From Pseudomonadota bacterium (lineage in GTDB: Bacteria > Pseudomonadota > Alphaproteobacteria > Dongiales > Dongiaceae), in assembly GCA_049323455.1 (NCBI GenBank), contig JBMONF010000029.1, forward strand, positions 3,029 to 67,028: a stretch of 64,000 bases of DNA. Direction: 5' to 3'. Within the stretch, counting starts at the first letter, position 1, and every line of letters begins with the position of its first letter. The translations under genes were made by a program, and so were the position numbers. A model generated the notes under the pieces. The model did not search any database and had not been told where the DNA came from. It saw nothing but the letters and a program-made list of their open reading frames with translations. Shown here in pieces: positions 11,442-20,181 of this stretch.

Positions 11442-11681
11442 TTTGTTAGACCTCCCCGAAAGTGAGTGCGGCGGCCGCTCCGAAGCACTGGTATCGGGCG
11501 ACCGCCTTGGCCGCGACCCTAGGCGTGCCGAAACGGGCTTGTCAATGCGCGCCGCCCGCATTGGTCGGTCAACCAACCGTGCGTTATTGCCTTGGGCGGG
11601 ATGACGCAAGAATCAGAAACCGCCTCGGTGCGATGCGGTAACAACTTGACCGACTTCGCTCTTTGGCTAAGGTGCCGCGCC

Positions 11682-12197
11682 ATGCGCGACGAACTTCCTG
11701 CGATCGAGGCGCCCTTCGTCGTCGAAGGGCTTGCGGTGCGGCCCGAATGGATCGACAGCAACGGGCATCTCAACATTGCCTACTATTTGAGAGCATTCGA
11801 CCTCGCCTTCGATCGCGTCTACGAGCGGCTCGGCTTCTCGCACGACATGATCGAGCGGCGGCGGGCTTCGACCTTCGCGGCCGAGATGCATCTGAGCTTC
11901 CGGCGCGAGCTGTTCGCGGGGCAGCCCTTGCGCATCACCACGCAACTCGTCGATTTCGACGCCAAGCGCTGCCATCTCATTCAGGCGATGTATCACGCGG
12001 AAGAGGGCTTCCTGGCCGCGACCGTGGAATGGCTTGTGCTCTATATCGACATGACCAAGCGCAAGGTGGCGGTCATGCCGGACGGATTGCAGCGCCACCT
12101 CGCGCGCGTGCTCGCGGCGCATCGCGAACTGCCGCTGCCGGGCGAGATCGGCCGGCGCATCGCGATCCCGAAGCCGAGGGCGGAGGGCGCGGCGTAG
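11682..12197 (+). CDS. Hotdog-fold acyl-CoA thioesterase (4HBT-like) family protein
   Basis: ATG at 11682. ~171 aa with V.PEWIDSNGHLNIAYYLRAFD... and a later hotdog-like strand pattern. The start is uncertain (the ORF track offers 11592). Confidence 0.55.
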   Translation: MRDELPAIEAPFVVEGLAVRPEWIDSNGHLNIAYYLRAFDLAFDRVYERLGFSHDMIERRRASTFAAEMHLSFRRELFAGQPLRITTQLVDFDAKRCHLIQAMYHAEEGFLAATVEWLVLYIDMTKRKVAVMPDGLQRHLARVLAAHRELPLPGEIGRRIAIPKPRAEGAA

Positions 12198-12225
12198 GGC
12201 AGATTTTCAACCATCGCGACGTTGC

Positions 12226-12287
12226 GCCTCATCCTTCGACGGGCTCAGGATGAGGCCCTCATGGTGAGCCTGTCGAACCATGAGGGC
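12226..12287. repeat. Twin perfect hairpins (family 2-related) in the convergent intergenic region
   Basis: GCCTCATCCT(12226-12235)/AGGATGAGGC(12247-12256) form a 10-bp stem. GCCCTCATGGT(12255-12265)/ACCATGAGGGC(12277-12287) form an 11-bp stem. The first stem is identical to the one at 60989/61026. Confidence 0.55.
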
Positions 12288-12310
12288 CGGCGGTCGCAAT
12301 GGCGCCGCGC

Positions 12311-13453
12311 TCAATCCTCGAGCAGATAGCCCTGGCGCGAGGCCAGCGGCACGGTGCCGACGATCTTGGCGACGCTGTCGCCGGGGCGCACCATCTTGTG
12401 CTGGCGGCGCGACAGGATCAGGCCGTCGGTGCCGGCATGGAGCGCCGTCCGCGCCTTGGTCCGGTCCTCGGCCAAGGGATCGAGGATCTCGGCGATCAGA
12501 TCGCCCTTCTTCACGCGCGCGCCGAGCGCCTGCTTGTAGGCGAGGATGCCCGCCACCGGCGTGCGCAGCACCTCGGTCGCATCGAGCCGCGTGCCCTCGC
12601 ACTGCGCCGCTGGCAGCGGCCCCGGATCGCCGGCGATCAGGCCGCGGCGCTGAAAGAAGCGGTAGAGCGCCCGCGCGTCCGCCTCGTTGATCTCGTCGGC
12701 CACCTCGGCTTGGCCGCGATATTCGATGGTGGCGCTCATGCAGGCCGGCGGCACGGGCGTCGCGGGCCCGACCGCCTGCGCGAGCTTGACCCAGGGCGTG
12801 CCGAAGGTTTCGTCGAAGGAATGGCCGCCCGAATCGTCGGACAGCATGGTCGCGCGACTGCCGATCTCGGCCGAGAGATCGGCCGCGTCGGGCCAATGCT
12901 GCGGCAGCATGTAGAGATGCATCAGCGCGTCGTCGTCGCAATGCAGGTCGAACACGAAGTCGGCATCGGCGGCGAGCCGCGCCAGCGCCACCCGCAGGCT
13001 CGCGAACTCGCTGCCGCCCGAGAGCTCGGCGACGATCTCGCGCAGGGCGGCGCGCACGATCTCGACATTGCGCGCGGCATCGGGGCCGAGCTTGGCCCTC
13101 ACGCGCGCGGGCAGGTCCTTGTAGAGGTCGGGCCAATTGCGGTTGAAATTGCCGCCGCCGGAGAGCTCGTGGCGGCCGAGCAGATAGCCGTTCGTGTTCT
13201 GGGCCAGCCCGACCGGGTTGGCGACCGGGACCAGGACGATCTCGCCCTTGATGGCGCCCTGAGCGTCGGCCGCGTCGAGCAGCCGGATCAGATGATGCGC
13301 CACCATCATGGCCGGCGTCTCGTCGGCATGGAGCGAGGCCTGGAGATAGGCCTTGGGCCTGGCGCCGGGCTGCCCGTAGCGGTGGACCAGAAGCCGGCGC
13401 GTGGTGCCGGGGCTGGGCGAGTTCAAGGCGATGCGCTCGACGGTCTTGGGCAT
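12311..13453 (-). CDS. Succinylglutamate desuccinylase/aspartoacylase (AstE/AspA, M14-like) family protein
   Basis: ATG at 13453 (MPKTVERIALNSPSPGTTRRLLVHRYG...). Zn-site-like YLQASLHADETPAMMV, and VLVPVANPVG. C-terminal lipoyl-like hammerhead (TPVAGILAYKQALGARVKKGDLIAEI). Confidence 0.7.
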   Translation of the reverse strand: MPKTVERIALNSPSPGTTRRLLVHRYGQPGARPKAYLQASLHADETPAMMVAHHLIRLLDAADAQGAIKGEIVLVPVANPVGLAQNTNGYLLGRHELSGGGNFNRNWPDLYKDLPARVRAKLGPDAARNVEIVRAALREIVAELSGGSEFASLRVALARLAADADFVFDLHCDDDALMHLYMLPQHWPDAADLSAEIGSRATMLSDDSGGHSFDETFGTPWVKLAQAVGPATPVPPACMSATIEYRGQAEVADEINEADARALYRFFQRRGLIAGDPGPLPAAQCEGTRLDATEVLRTPVAGILAYKQALGARVKKGDLIAEILDPLAEDRTKARTALHAGTDGLILSRRQHKMVRPGDSVAKIVGTVPLASRQGYLLED

Positions 13454-13555
13454 GGGTGGTGTCTCTCTTCGAGGCCGTGCGGCGAATGCCGCGACGAGAT
13501 GGATGGTCGTGGGCCTGAGAGGCCTGCGGGCGGCCATGCTATAGATTTTTTCGCC

Positions 13556-14230
13556 ATGGCCAAGCCCGCGCCCGACAGGAGTTTGCCGTTCACGATCGCC
13601 CTCGGCGCATTGATCGCATCGCTGCGCGAGCGGTTGCGGCTTGCGCGCGATCTTGCGCCCGAGGTCCGCGCGCGCTTTGACGGCGCGCTGTCGATGATGG
13701 CGCCCTTGGCACCGTCGATCGCCCCGAGGCGCGCCGCGGCCGGCGATCAGGCGCTGCCGGTGCTGGCGCTCTGGCTGCCGGCCTTGGCGGCGGCCCAGGT
13801 GGCAGCACCCGATCTCGCGCAGCCTCTGGCGAGCCTCGGGGCGGCACTGCGCTGGACGCAAAATCCGAACTATCGCCGAAGACCGCCGGCGCCCGATTTC
13901 CTCTGGCGCTATGCTTACGCGCAGTTTGCCGGACCACCGGCAGCACCGACGCTGGTCGAGACGGACGCGCTGGCCTTCGGCGTGCTGGTGCTGGCGCCGG
14001 GCACGCTCTATCCGGCGCACAGCCATCCGGCCGAGGAGATCTACCTGCCCCTGGCGCCGGCGCGCTGGAAGCGGGGAACGGAGGGATGGCGCGAACGCCC
14101 TGCGGGCGATCTGGTCCATCACCCGCCGCACCGACTTCATGCGACCGAGGCCGGGCGGGCGCCGCTGCTGGCGCTCTATCTCTGGCTGGGCGCGCTGGGC
14201 ATGCCGGCGCGGATCCGCGCCCAGCCCTGA
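13556..14230 (+). CDS. Cupin-fold protein, DMSP-lyase (DddL)-like family
   Basis: ATG at 13556. Cupin metal motif LYPAHSHPAEEIYLPLA followed by GDLVHHPPHRLHATEAG. The family assignment is from memory of the motif only. Confidence 0.45.
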   Translation: MAKPAPDRSLPFTIALGALIASLRERLRLARDLAPEVRARFDGALSMMAPLAPSIAPRRAAAGDQALPVLALWLPALAAAQVAAPDLAQPLASLGAALRWTQNPNYRRRPPAPDFLWRYAYAQFAGPPAAPTLVETDALAFGVLVLAPGTLYPAHSHPAEEIYLPLAPARWKRGTEGWRERPAGDLVHHPPHRLHATEAGRAPLLALYLWLGALGMPARIRAQP

Positions 14231-14267
14231 AGCTCGGGTCCGCGATCGTCCTTGCGCCGCGGAAGGT

Positions 14268-14297
14268 CTTGAACCGAGCGGTACGGTTGCCTAGCTA
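14268..14297 (+). promoter_or_regulatory. Possible RpoH (sigma-32)-type promoter upstream of the hsp20 cluster
   Basis: CTTGAA (14268-14273), a 16-nt spacer, then CCTAGCTA (14290-14297). It resembles CTTGAA-N16/17-CCCCATNT/CYTATNT. It would give a ~345-nt leader. Confidence 0.25.
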
Positions 14298-14640
14298 GTT
14301 TTTCGCGGGATGCCGGCATCGGGGTCCCGACAAGGGAATGGCGGGTCTGGCCTGTCAGGGCGGACCGCGGCTCGTATCGCTTCGGGAACGAAGGGTGTGT
14401 GCCACGTCGTTGCCTTCAATCGCCCGCCCTGACGTGGCGGGCGCGTATGCGAGACCTAGCCGCGATCCTTCGTCCCGGCTCGTCGCCTGGACCCTCCTCC
14501 CCTGTCGACCCTGCATTGTCCGGTTGCCCGCCATGACCGGGCCCGACGGCTTGGGCGCCGCCTGCCGAACATCGTTCAGAGGCCACCCGAGCCCTGTCCG
14601 TGCGAGGGCCCGGAAGCAGGAGAGGAACGAGGAGGTGAAC

Positions 14641-15081
14641 ATGCTATTGCCCTATTTCAGCCGCCTCGACTGGGATCCCTTCGTCGAGATGCGGCGCATG
14701 CAGAACGAGATGAACCGGCTTCTCGGTGAATTCGAAGCCGCGCCCGTGGCGACCGTATTCCCGCCCATCAACATCTGGGTGGGCGAGAACAGCGCCGTGG
14801 TGACGGCGGAATTGCCTGGCGTCTCCGAGAAGGACATCGACCTTTCGGTCCGCGAGGACACGCTCACCATCCAGGGCAAGCGCGAGCCCGAGACCTCCGA
14901 AGAAGAGGCGTCCTGGCATCGCCGGGAGCGCGTCTACGGCAATTTCTCGCGGGTCGTGGAGCTGCCCTTCCGGGTCGACCCCGACAAGGTCCAGGCGCGC
15001 TTCATGAACGGCATCCTCGAGGTCGAGCTGCAACGGCCCGACGCCGACAAGCCGAAGCGCATCAAGGTCACCGCTCACTGA
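14641..15081 (+). CDS. Small heat-shock protein (Hsp20/alpha-crystallin family), copy 1
   Basis: ATG at 14641 preceded by GAGGAGG. 146 aa. Alpha-crystallin core ...AVVTAELPGVSEKDIDLSVREDTLTIQGKRE...GNFSRVVELPF.VD..KV.A.F.NGILEVEL. Confidence 0.87.
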   Translation: MLLPYFSRLDWDPFVEMRRMQNEMNRLLGEFEAAPVATVFPPINIWVGENSAVVTAELPGVSEKDIDLSVREDTLTIQGKREPETSEEEASWHRRERVYGNFSRVVELPFRVDPDKVQARFMNGILEVELQRPDADKPKRIKVTAH

Positions 15082-15093
15082 GGAGGTTTCGCC

Positions 15094-15501
15094 ATGGCCA
15101 ATCAAGTCGCCACTACACGCAGCCGCGAGGTCGCCAAGCATTACGACGGCGGCGAGACAACGCGTGCGCGCGCGCTCTTTCGGCCGCGCGCGGACATTTA
15201 CGAGACCGAGGACAGCGTGATGGTGCTCGCCGAGATGCCCGGTGTGGGCCCCGACGACGTCGATATCACGCTCGAACGCGGCGTGCTCACCATCCGTGGC
15301 CGGGCGCCCGACGCCCCGCACGAAGGCTACCAGCGGGTGTACGCCGAATATGCCGAGGGCGACTACGAGCGGGCATTCACCGTCTCGGAGGACATCGATC
15401 GCGACAGCATCAAGGCGACGCACAAGAACGGTCTTCTGGTCCTCGAGCTGCCCAAGGCTCCGGCGGCCAAGTCGAAGAAGATCCAGGTCAGGGCCGCCTG
15501 A
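15094..15501 (+). CDS. Small heat-shock protein (Hsp20 family), copy 2
   Basis: 135 aa. ADIYETEDSVMVLAEMPGVGPDDVDITLERGVLTIRG... KATHKNGLLVLELPK. Begins 12 nt after copy 1. Confidence 0.87.
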   Translation: MANQVATTRSREVAKHYDGGETTRARALFRPRADIYETEDSVMVLAEMPGVGPDDVDITLERGVLTIRGRAPDAPHEGYQRVYAEYAEGDYERAFTVSEDIDRDSIKATHKNGLLVLELPKAPAAKSKKIQVRAA

Positions 15502-15524
15502 TTTCATACCAGGAGGTGCAAGCG

Positions 15525-16028
15525 ATGCAGATCAGAGATCTCATTCCGTGGAACCGAAGAGAGACGGGGATCGCTCCGGCGGCCCGGGACGAGCATCCGA
15601 TCGTCGGCCTGCAGCGAGAGATGAATCGGGTGTTCGACAGTTTCTGGAACCGCTTCGAGCGACCCCTCGGCGAGCTCGACGGGCGTTTCGGATTCGCGGC
15701 ACCGCGAGCCGACGTGGTCGAGACCGACAAGGCCGTCGAGGTCTCGGTGGAGCTCCCCGGCCTCGACGCCAAAGACGTCGAGGTCTCGCTGACCGACGAC
15801 GTCCTGACCATCAAGGGCGAAAAGAAGGCCGAGCGCGAGGAGAGCAACCGGGGCATCTATCTCTCCGAACGGACCTACGGCAGCTTCTATCGGACGATCG
15901 CGCTGCCGCCGGGGGTCGCGACCGACGAGGCCAAGGCGGAGTTCAAGAAGGGCGTGTTGACCATCAGCCTGCCCAAGACCGCCGAGGCGCAAGCGAAGGT
16001 CAAGAAGATCCCGGTCAAGAGCGCGTGA
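15525..16028 (+). CDS. Small heat-shock protein (Hsp20 family), copy 3
   Basis: ATG at 15525, 8 nt after AGGAGG (15511-15516). MQIRDLIPW...ADVVETDKAVEVSVELPGLDAKDVEVSLTDDVLTIKGEKK...SFYRTIALP..V....AKAEFKKGVLTISLPK. Confidence 0.87.
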   Translation: MQIRDLIPWNRRETGIAPAARDEHPIVGLQREMNRVFDSFWNRFERPLGELDGRFGFAAPRADVVETDKAVEVSVELPGLDAKDVEVSLTDDVLTIKGEKKAEREESNRGIYLSERTYGSFYRTIALPPGVATDEAKAEFKKGVLTISLPKTAEAQAKVKKIPVKSA

Positions 16029-16039
16029 GAGAGATCCGC

Positions 16040-16066
16040 GCCGGCAGCCTTCGACGGGCTGCCGGC
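16040..16066 (+). terminator. Stem-loop after the hsp20 cluster (terminator-like, no U-tract)
   Basis: GCCGGCAGCC-ttcgacg-GGCTGCCGGC, a perfect 10-bp stem 12 nt after the stop. No T-run follows. Confidence 0.35.
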
Positions 16067-16235
16067 CGGACTTGATGGAACCGTTGTCGGGCCCGGCGCT
16101 CCGGGTCTCCGCGTCCCGCCGGGGTCGGACGCCGCCGCGCTCGGGGTCACCCCGCCCGGCCCGAAACCGCGTCGTGAAGGCCGCGGAACACGCCTGTCTC
16201 CATTGCGGCCGCCCGCGTGCTATAAGCGGCTGATC

Positions 16236-18635
16236 ATGGCTTCGACCGGCGATTCCCTCCGTTCCGACACGTCCTCCGCGCCCGAGCTCCGGCCCGGCGG
16301 CGCCGCGGCCGTCTATCTCTCGGCTCTCAACGAGACGCAGCGCCAGGCGGTCGAGATATTGGACGGGCCGCTCCTGGTTCTGGCGGGAGCCGGTACCGGC
16401 AAGACGCGGGTGCTGACCACGCGGCTGGCCCATCTCCTGATGACGGGGCGCGCGCGGCCGCCCGAGCTTCTGGCCGTGACCTTCACCAACAAGGCGGCGC
16501 GCGAGATGAAGGACCGCGTCGCGGCCCTGATCGGCCGCGCGGTCGAGGGCTGGTGGCTCGGCACCTTCCACGCGCTGGCCGCGCGCATCCTGCGCCGCCA
16601 CGCCGAGATCGTCGGCCTCAAGCCCAACTTCACCATCCTCGACAGCGACGACCAGCACCGCCTGATGAAGCAGATCGTCCAGGCGGCCGACATCGACGAC
16701 AAGAAATGGCCCGCGCGCGCCGTGCTGCATCAGATCGAGCGCTGGAAGGATCGCGGGCTCGGGCCCGACAAGATCGGCCCGGCCGAGGCCGGCGATTTCG
16801 CGGGCGGCAGGGCCGAGGAGCTCTACCGAACCTACCAGGAGCGCTTGATCACGCTCAACGCCGCCGATTTCGGCGACCTGCTGCTGCACAACCTCACGAT
16901 CTTCCTGACGCGGCCCGAGATCCTGGAGGGCTATCAGCGCCAGTTCCGCTACATCCTGGTGGACGAGTATCAGGACACCAACGTCGCGCAATATCTCTGG
17001 CTGAGGCTGCTGGCACAGCGCCACCGCAACATCTGCTGTGTCGGCGACGACGACCAGTCGATCTATGGCTGGCGCGGGGCCGAGGTCGGCAACATCCTGC
17101 GCTTCGAGAGCGATTTCCCCGGCGCGCGGATCGTGCGGCTCGAGCGCAACTACCGCTCGACGCCGTCGATCCTGCGCGCCGCCTCGGGTCTCATCGCGCA
17201 CAACGAGGGCCGGCTCGGCAAGACGCTCTGGACCGAGGGCGAGCCGGGCGAGAAGGTCGTGCTCAGGGGCCTGTGGGACGGCGAGGCCGAGGCGCGCTTC
17301 GTCTCGGACGAGATCGAGGCCCTGGAGCGGCGCGGCGTGCCCCTGGGCCAGATCGCGATCCTGGTGCGCGCCGGCTATCAGACGCGCGAGTTCGAAGAGC
17401 GCTTCATCACGGTGGGCCTGCCCTATCGCGTGGTCGGCGGCCCGCGCTTCTACGAGCGCCAGGAGATCCGCGACGCGCTCGCCTATCTGCGGCTGGTCCA
17501 CCAGCCCGCCGACGATCTCGCCTTCGAGCGCGTCGTCAACCTGCCGCGCCGCGGCATCGGCGATGCGACGCTGCAGATCCTCCATCGCTATGCACGCGCC
17601 AACGAGCAGCCGCTGACCGAGGCGGCGATGCGCCTCGTCGTGACCGACGAGATCAAGCCTGCGGCCAAGCGCGCGCTCAGGACCTTCCTCGGGGACATCG
17701 ACCGTTGGCGCGGCTTCGCGCGCGACCTGCCGCACACGGAGCTGGCGCAGCGCCTGCTCGACGAATCGGGCTACACCGCGATGTGGCAGAACGACCGCTC
17801 GCCCGACGCGCCCGGCCGGCTCGAGAACCTCAAGGAGCTCGTCGTCGCCATGGGTGAGTTCGAGACCTTGGGCGGCTTCCTCGAGCATGTCAGCCTGGTC
17901 ATGGAGAACGCCGAGGGCGATCCCGGCGAGATGGCGAGCCTGATGACGCTGCACAGCGCCAAGGGGCTCGAGTTCGACTACGTCTTCCTGCCGGGCTGGG
18001 AGGAGGGCGTGTTTCCGCACCAGCGCGCGCTCGACGAGACCGGCCTGTCGGGCCTCGAGGAGGAGCGCCGGCTCGCCTATGTCGGCCTCACGCGGGCGAG
18101 GAAGCGCGCCTGGGTGTCCTACGCCGCCAACCGGCGCATCCACAATCTGTGGCAGAGCCTGATCCCCTCGCGCTTCGTCGACGAGCTGCCGGCCGACGCG
18201 ATCGAGCGGCGCGTCGACGCGGGGCTCTACGGCGCCGGCCGGGGCAGCGACGTGGAAGAGGAATGGCCGCGCGGCCTGGCCGAGCCCGGCGCCCGCGGCT
18301 TTGCGCGCGGCGGCTTCGGACAAGGCGGCTTCGGGCGGGGCGGCTTCGCCGGCAACGGGGCCCCGCGCGGCGCTGCCGCACGCCGGCCGTTCCGGCGCTT
18401 CGCCACGGAGGAGCGGCCGCCCAAGCTGATCGAGGCGGCGCCAGCCTCCTCCGACACGTCCTCGCACGCGCGTTCGGGCGGTGCCTTCGGCGTCGGCGAC
18501 CGCGTGTTCCATCTGAAGTTCGGCTATGGCCGCGTGCTCGCGGCCGAGGGCGACAAGCTCGAGATCGCGTTCGACAAGGCCGGCACCAAGCGCGTGATGG
18601 CGAGCTTCGTCCTGTCCGCCGACCAGGCGGAATAG
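16236..18635 (+). CDS. uvrD: ATP-dependent DNA helicase UvrD/PcrA (SF1)
   Basis: LNETQRQAVE...GPLLVLAGAGTGKTRVLT (motif I), VDEYQDTN, GDDDQSIYGWRGA, NYRS, MTLHSAKGLEF..VFL, and VGLTRA. C-terminal RGG-rich tail plus VFHLKFGYGRV (UvrD C-terminal Tudor-like). Confidence 0.9.
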   Translation: MASTGDSLRSDTSSAPELRPGGAAAVYLSALNETQRQAVEILDGPLLVLAGAGTGKTRVLTTRLAHLLMTGRARPPELLAVTFTNKAAREMKDRVAALIGRAVEGWWLGTFHALAARILRRHAEIVGLKPNFTILDSDDQHRLMKQIVQAADIDDKKWPARAVLHQIERWKDRGLGPDKIGPAEAGDFAGGRAEELYRTYQERLITLNAADFGDLLLHNLTIFLTRPEILEGYQRQFRYILVDEYQDTNVAQYLWLRLLAQRHRNICCVGDDDQSIYGWRGAEVGNILRFESDFPGARIVRLERNYRSTPSILRAASGLIAHNEGRLGKTLWTEGEPGEKVVLRGLWDGEAEARFVSDEIEALERRGVPLGQIAILVRAGYQTREFEERFITVGLPYRVVGGPRFYERQEIRDALAYLRLVHQPADDLAFERVVNLPRRGIGDATLQILHRYARANEQPLTEAAMRLVVTDEIKPAAKRALRTFLGDIDRWRGFARDLPHTELAQRLLDESGYTAMWQNDRSPDAPGRLENLKELVVAMGEFETLGGFLEHVSLVMENAEGDPGEMASLMTLHSAKGLEFDYVFLPGWEEGVFPHQRALDETGLSGLEEERRLAYVGLTRARKRAWVSYAANRRIHNLWQSLIPSRFVDELPADAIERRVDAGLYGAGRGSDVEEEWPRGLAEPGARGFARGGFGQGGFGRGGFAGNGAPRGAAARRPFRRFATEERPPKLIEAAPASSDTSSHARSGGAFGVGDRVFHLKFGYGRVLAAEGDKLEIAFDKAGTKRVMASFVLSADQAE

Positions 18636-18643
18636 CCTCCCCC

Positions 18644-19555
18644 GTGCCCCGCGGCAAAGCGAAGAAGGCGGCACAGCTCTGGCAGCTGCGCGCCGATCTG
18701 CCGGCGCGCGAGGCCGAGGCGATGGCGGCGCTGGAGACCATCCTGGAGGCCCATGCGCTGGCGGTGTCGCGCTTCGAGCGCGCCAAGGGCAGGCGCTGGC
18801 GCATCGAGGCGCTCTTCGAGAGGAGGCCGCTGCGCCGCGAGGCGGCGGCTTGGCTCGAGCTGGCGGGGCAGGGCGAACGGCCCTTCGAGATCGAGCCCGT
18901 GCCGTCGCGCAACTGGGTGGCGGAAAGCCGGGCGCGCCTGCCGGCGCTGAAGGTGGGGTGCTTCTTCATCCACGGCTCACATTGCGAAGAGCCCGTTCCG
19001 AGGGGCAAGCTCGGGCTCGAGATCGATGCCGGGCTCGCCTTCGGCACCGGCCGCCACGAGACCACGCGCCTCTGCCTCGAGCTGATCGGGCGGCTGGCCG
19101 CGCACCGGCCGCGCCGTCCGCTCGATCTGGGCTGCGGCACCGGCATCCTGGCGCTCGCCATGGCCCGGCTCTGGGACGTGACGGTGCTCGCGGCCGACAA
19201 CGATCCGCAGGCCGTGGCGGTGGCCAGGGAGAACGCCAGGCGCAACGGTCTCAAGGCGCGGGTGCGCGTGGTGAAGAGCGAGGGCTACCGCGCGGCGGCG
19301 CTGCGCCGCGCCGCGCCCTTCGATCTCGTCGTCGCCAACATTCTCGCCAATCCGCTGATCGAGATGGCGCCCGACCTGGTGCGGCATCTGGCGCCGGGCG
19401 GGCGCGCGATCCTGTCGGGGCTCATGACCGAGCAGGAGCGCGACGTGCTGACGCCCTACCTGGCGCAGGGCCTGCGCTGCGAGGCCCGCCTCAGGCGCGA
19501 CGACTGGTCGGCGCTGCTGCTGCGCAAGCCGGTGCGGCGAAGCGCGCGAGGATGA
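18644..19555 (+). CDS. prmA: Ribosomal protein L11 methyltransferase PrmA
   Basis: SAM motif LDLGCGTGILALAMA, NDPQAV..AREN...NG, and DLVVANILANPL. The start is ambiguous: GTG 18644 (8 nt after the uvrD stop) or ATG 18722. Confidence 0.8.
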   Translation: MPRGKAKKAAQLWQLRADLPAREAEAMAALETILEAHALAVSRFERAKGRRWRIEALFERRPLRREAAAWLELAGQGERPFEIEPVPSRNWVAESRARLPALKVGCFFIHGSHCEEPVPRGKLGLEIDAGLAFGTGRHETTRLCLELIGRLAAHRPRRPLDLGCGTGILALAMARLWDVTVLAADNDPQAVAVARENARRNGLKARVRVVKSEGYRAAALRRAAPFDLVVANILANPLIEMAPDLVRHLAPGGRAILSGLMTEQERDVLTPYLAQGLRCEARLRRDDWSALLLRKPVRRSARG

Positions 19556-19558
19556 GGC

Positions 19559-19957
19559 TCAGAGGTTGTCGGGATTGCCCGGCGTCACGGTCGCGGTGCC
19601 CATCACCTTGCCGTCCCGCAGCCACTGAATCTCGTTGCCCTTGCGGCCGAGCTGCCAGCAATTCTTGGCATTGTCGCCGCCGAGCTTGAGGCAGAGGGCG
19701 TTGTTCTCGACGGTCCAGCTGCCGGTATAGCCGTGCCCTTTCACGGTGCCATCGGGATGGTAGAAGTCCGTGAATGTCCCCCGCCGGGCGGTTGTGCCCG
19801 TCACCGTATTGCCGGCCAAAAGCGCTTGAATCTCCGACCCCATGAGGAGTTCGGGCGGCTCGGCAGGCGCGGCGAGGCTGATAGCCGGCCGACCGGCCAG
19901 CAACGTAGCAGCAGCGACCAGAAAAGCCGGAAGAAGAAGAAAAGGAATTCGCGTCAC
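19559..19957 (-). CDS. Small secreted hypothetical protein
   Basis: 132 aa. N-terminal signal peptide MTRIPFLLLPAFLVAAATLLAG. The mature part is Gly/Thr/Asn-rich with two Cys. No function recognised. Confidence 0.55.
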   Translation of the reverse strand: MTRIPFLLLPAFLVAAATLLAGRPAISLAAPAEPPELLMGSEIQALLAGNTVTGTTARRGTFTDFYHPDGTVKGHGYTGSWTVENNALCLKLGGDNAKNCWQLGRKGNEIQWLRDGKVMGTATVTPGNPDNL

Positions 19958-20181
19958 GGGCCGTTCCCCCTTGGCGTTCGGATTTATTGATTATTGCGGG
20001 CGGGCCCGGCTTGCCTGGCCGTATCGCCGACGCCGGAAAGCGGACCCCCGACACCCCGAAGGTTGGGCGAAATTTGAGGCAAAAAGAAGACGGCGGCCCC
20101 TCAAGGGCCGCCGCCTCGATTTGTCGACCGCTAAGTTCCGGCGGCGGCTCGCTTATCGCCGATGCCGGAGCGCCTCGCGAG

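Noticed and set aside
14385-14411. GGAAC ... CGTT motif upstream of the hsp20 cluster, resembling an EcfG (general stress sigma) promoter.
   Set aside because: The spacer between GGAAC and CGTT is 18 nt, whereas I recall the consensus as 16-17 nt. The match is otherwise minimal.
14560-14643. Expected a ROSE-type RNA thermometer immediately upstream of the first hsp20 gene.
   Set aside because: I could not find the U(U/C)GCU-type anti-SD strand, or a hairpin pairing with the GAGGAGG Shine-Dalgarno, within ~100 nt. It needs a covariance-model search.
18230-18480. RGG/Gly-rich low-complexity segment in the UvrD C-terminus, considered as another in-frame repeat insertion.
   Set aside because: There is no palindromic structure at the DNA level and no similarity to the repeat families seen here. 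It looks like an ordinary disordered linker preceding the conserved C-terminal domain.
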